Assembly: GCA_045593165.1 (NCBI GenBank)
Contig: JAZNWF010000004.1
Coordinates: 216-64,215 of the forward strand
From: Eubacteriales bacterium
GTDB taxonomy: Bacteria; Bacillota; Clostridia; Oscillospirales; CAG-382
Reading direction: 5' to 3'
DNA length: 64,000 nucleotides
Under the pieces are notes generated by a model, which was not told the DNA's origin, searched no databases, and worked only from the letters and a program-made list of their open reading frames with translations. Shown here one piece after another: positions 63,535 to 64,000 of the stretch (positions within the stretch are counted from its first letter, which is position 1; each line of letters begins with the position of its first letter). The translations under genes were made by a program, and so were the position numbers.

Positions 63535-64000
63535 ATGAGAAATTTCAAAAAAATGTTATCATTAGTAATAACATTATTGCTGTTGGTCAGCATATTCCCC
63601 GTGGGCCACATCACCACAACTGCAGCAGGAGAAACCGCTGCAAATCTTACTTATGCAAACGGCTGGGACTGGAGTGATAGCTTATGCTACCAGAACCAGA
63701 TTTTCGTTTATGCATCCTCCGGCTCGTCTGCTACCCCTGCAAGCATTCACGGCCAAGGCGTTGGCTTTTTGGCTTGGCAGAACGGCATCGTTTTTGAATA
63801 TAACGAAACGAACGATACTTGGACGGTTATTATTGCCGACTTTGAAGCCGACGGTGTAAACGCGGCTGAATCTGCAACTTTGGGAAGCGACAGATTTGCT
63901 GTTATCTTCCATAATGAAGCTTCTGTTGGTCAGCAAGACAGCTACAACTATCTTATTAATAATGTAGTGTTAGGCGCCGAATTCATTCTTAACGGAAGCA
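63535..64000 (+). CDS. Secreted protein, N-terminal fragment; the ORF is open at the right window edge and is not in the ORF track
   Basis: RBS AGGGAGAAAG, ATG at 63535, signal peptide MRNFKKMLSLVITLLLLVSIFPVGHITTTAAG. The frame has no stop to nt 64000. Confidence 0.65.
   Translation, partial: MRNFKKMLSLVITLLLLVSIFPVGHITTTAAGETAANLTYANGWDWSDSLCYQNQIFVYASSGSSATPASIHGQGVGFLAWQNGIVFEYNETNDTWTVIIADFEADGVNAAESATLGSDRFAVIFHNEASVGQQDSYNYLINNVVLGAEFILNGS

Overview
A 64-kb chromosomal segment from a moderate-GC Firmicute of the endospore-forming Clostridia. Supporting features are spo0A with 0A boxes, T-box leaders, rplU-prp-rpmA, ireB and a dockerin-bearing protein, which suggest a Ruminococcus/Oscillospiraceae-like gut or rumen organism; this taxonomic placement is inference only. 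I support about 60 CDS and 2 tRNA genes (initiator tRNA-Met and tRNA-Leu-UAA). There are no rRNA genes, no CRISPR array and no intact mobile element. Most genes are housekeeping: tyrS, lysS, prfA, obg, greA, ftsEX with an M23 peptidase and an S41 protease, fba, glnA, asnA, cysK, pdxK and a Pit/DUF47 phosphate module. The stand-out region is 6.5-15.6 kb. It holds three consecutive operons, each driven by a near-consensus sigma-A promoter and a complete T-box leader. I read the specifier codons as UUC (Phe), CUC (Leu) and AUC (Ile). Each T-box gates a different adenylate-forming acyl-CoA ligase rather than an aaRS or biosynthetic gene. Each ligase is paired or fused with a ligand-sensing module: a tandem-ACT protein, a catalytically degenerate LeuA paralog that keeps the Leu-binding domain, and an N-terminal HTH-cupin fusion. 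I interpret this as tRNA-charging-controlled salvage of phenylacetate, isovalerate and 2-methylbutyrate into Phe, Leu and Ile by reductive carboxylation. Other points worth a second look are listed in the findings. They include a 42-nt duplication of the tRNA-fMet 3' half around a highly structured ~220-bp insert, several intergenic repeat or hairpin elements, and a DUF1538 plus two PII-like genes next to glnA. They also include a radical-SAM/Cys-rich membrane protein pair and a membrane-anchored XRE regulator with a small paralogous membrane peptide. All product calls come from motif recognition by eye. No database search was possible.
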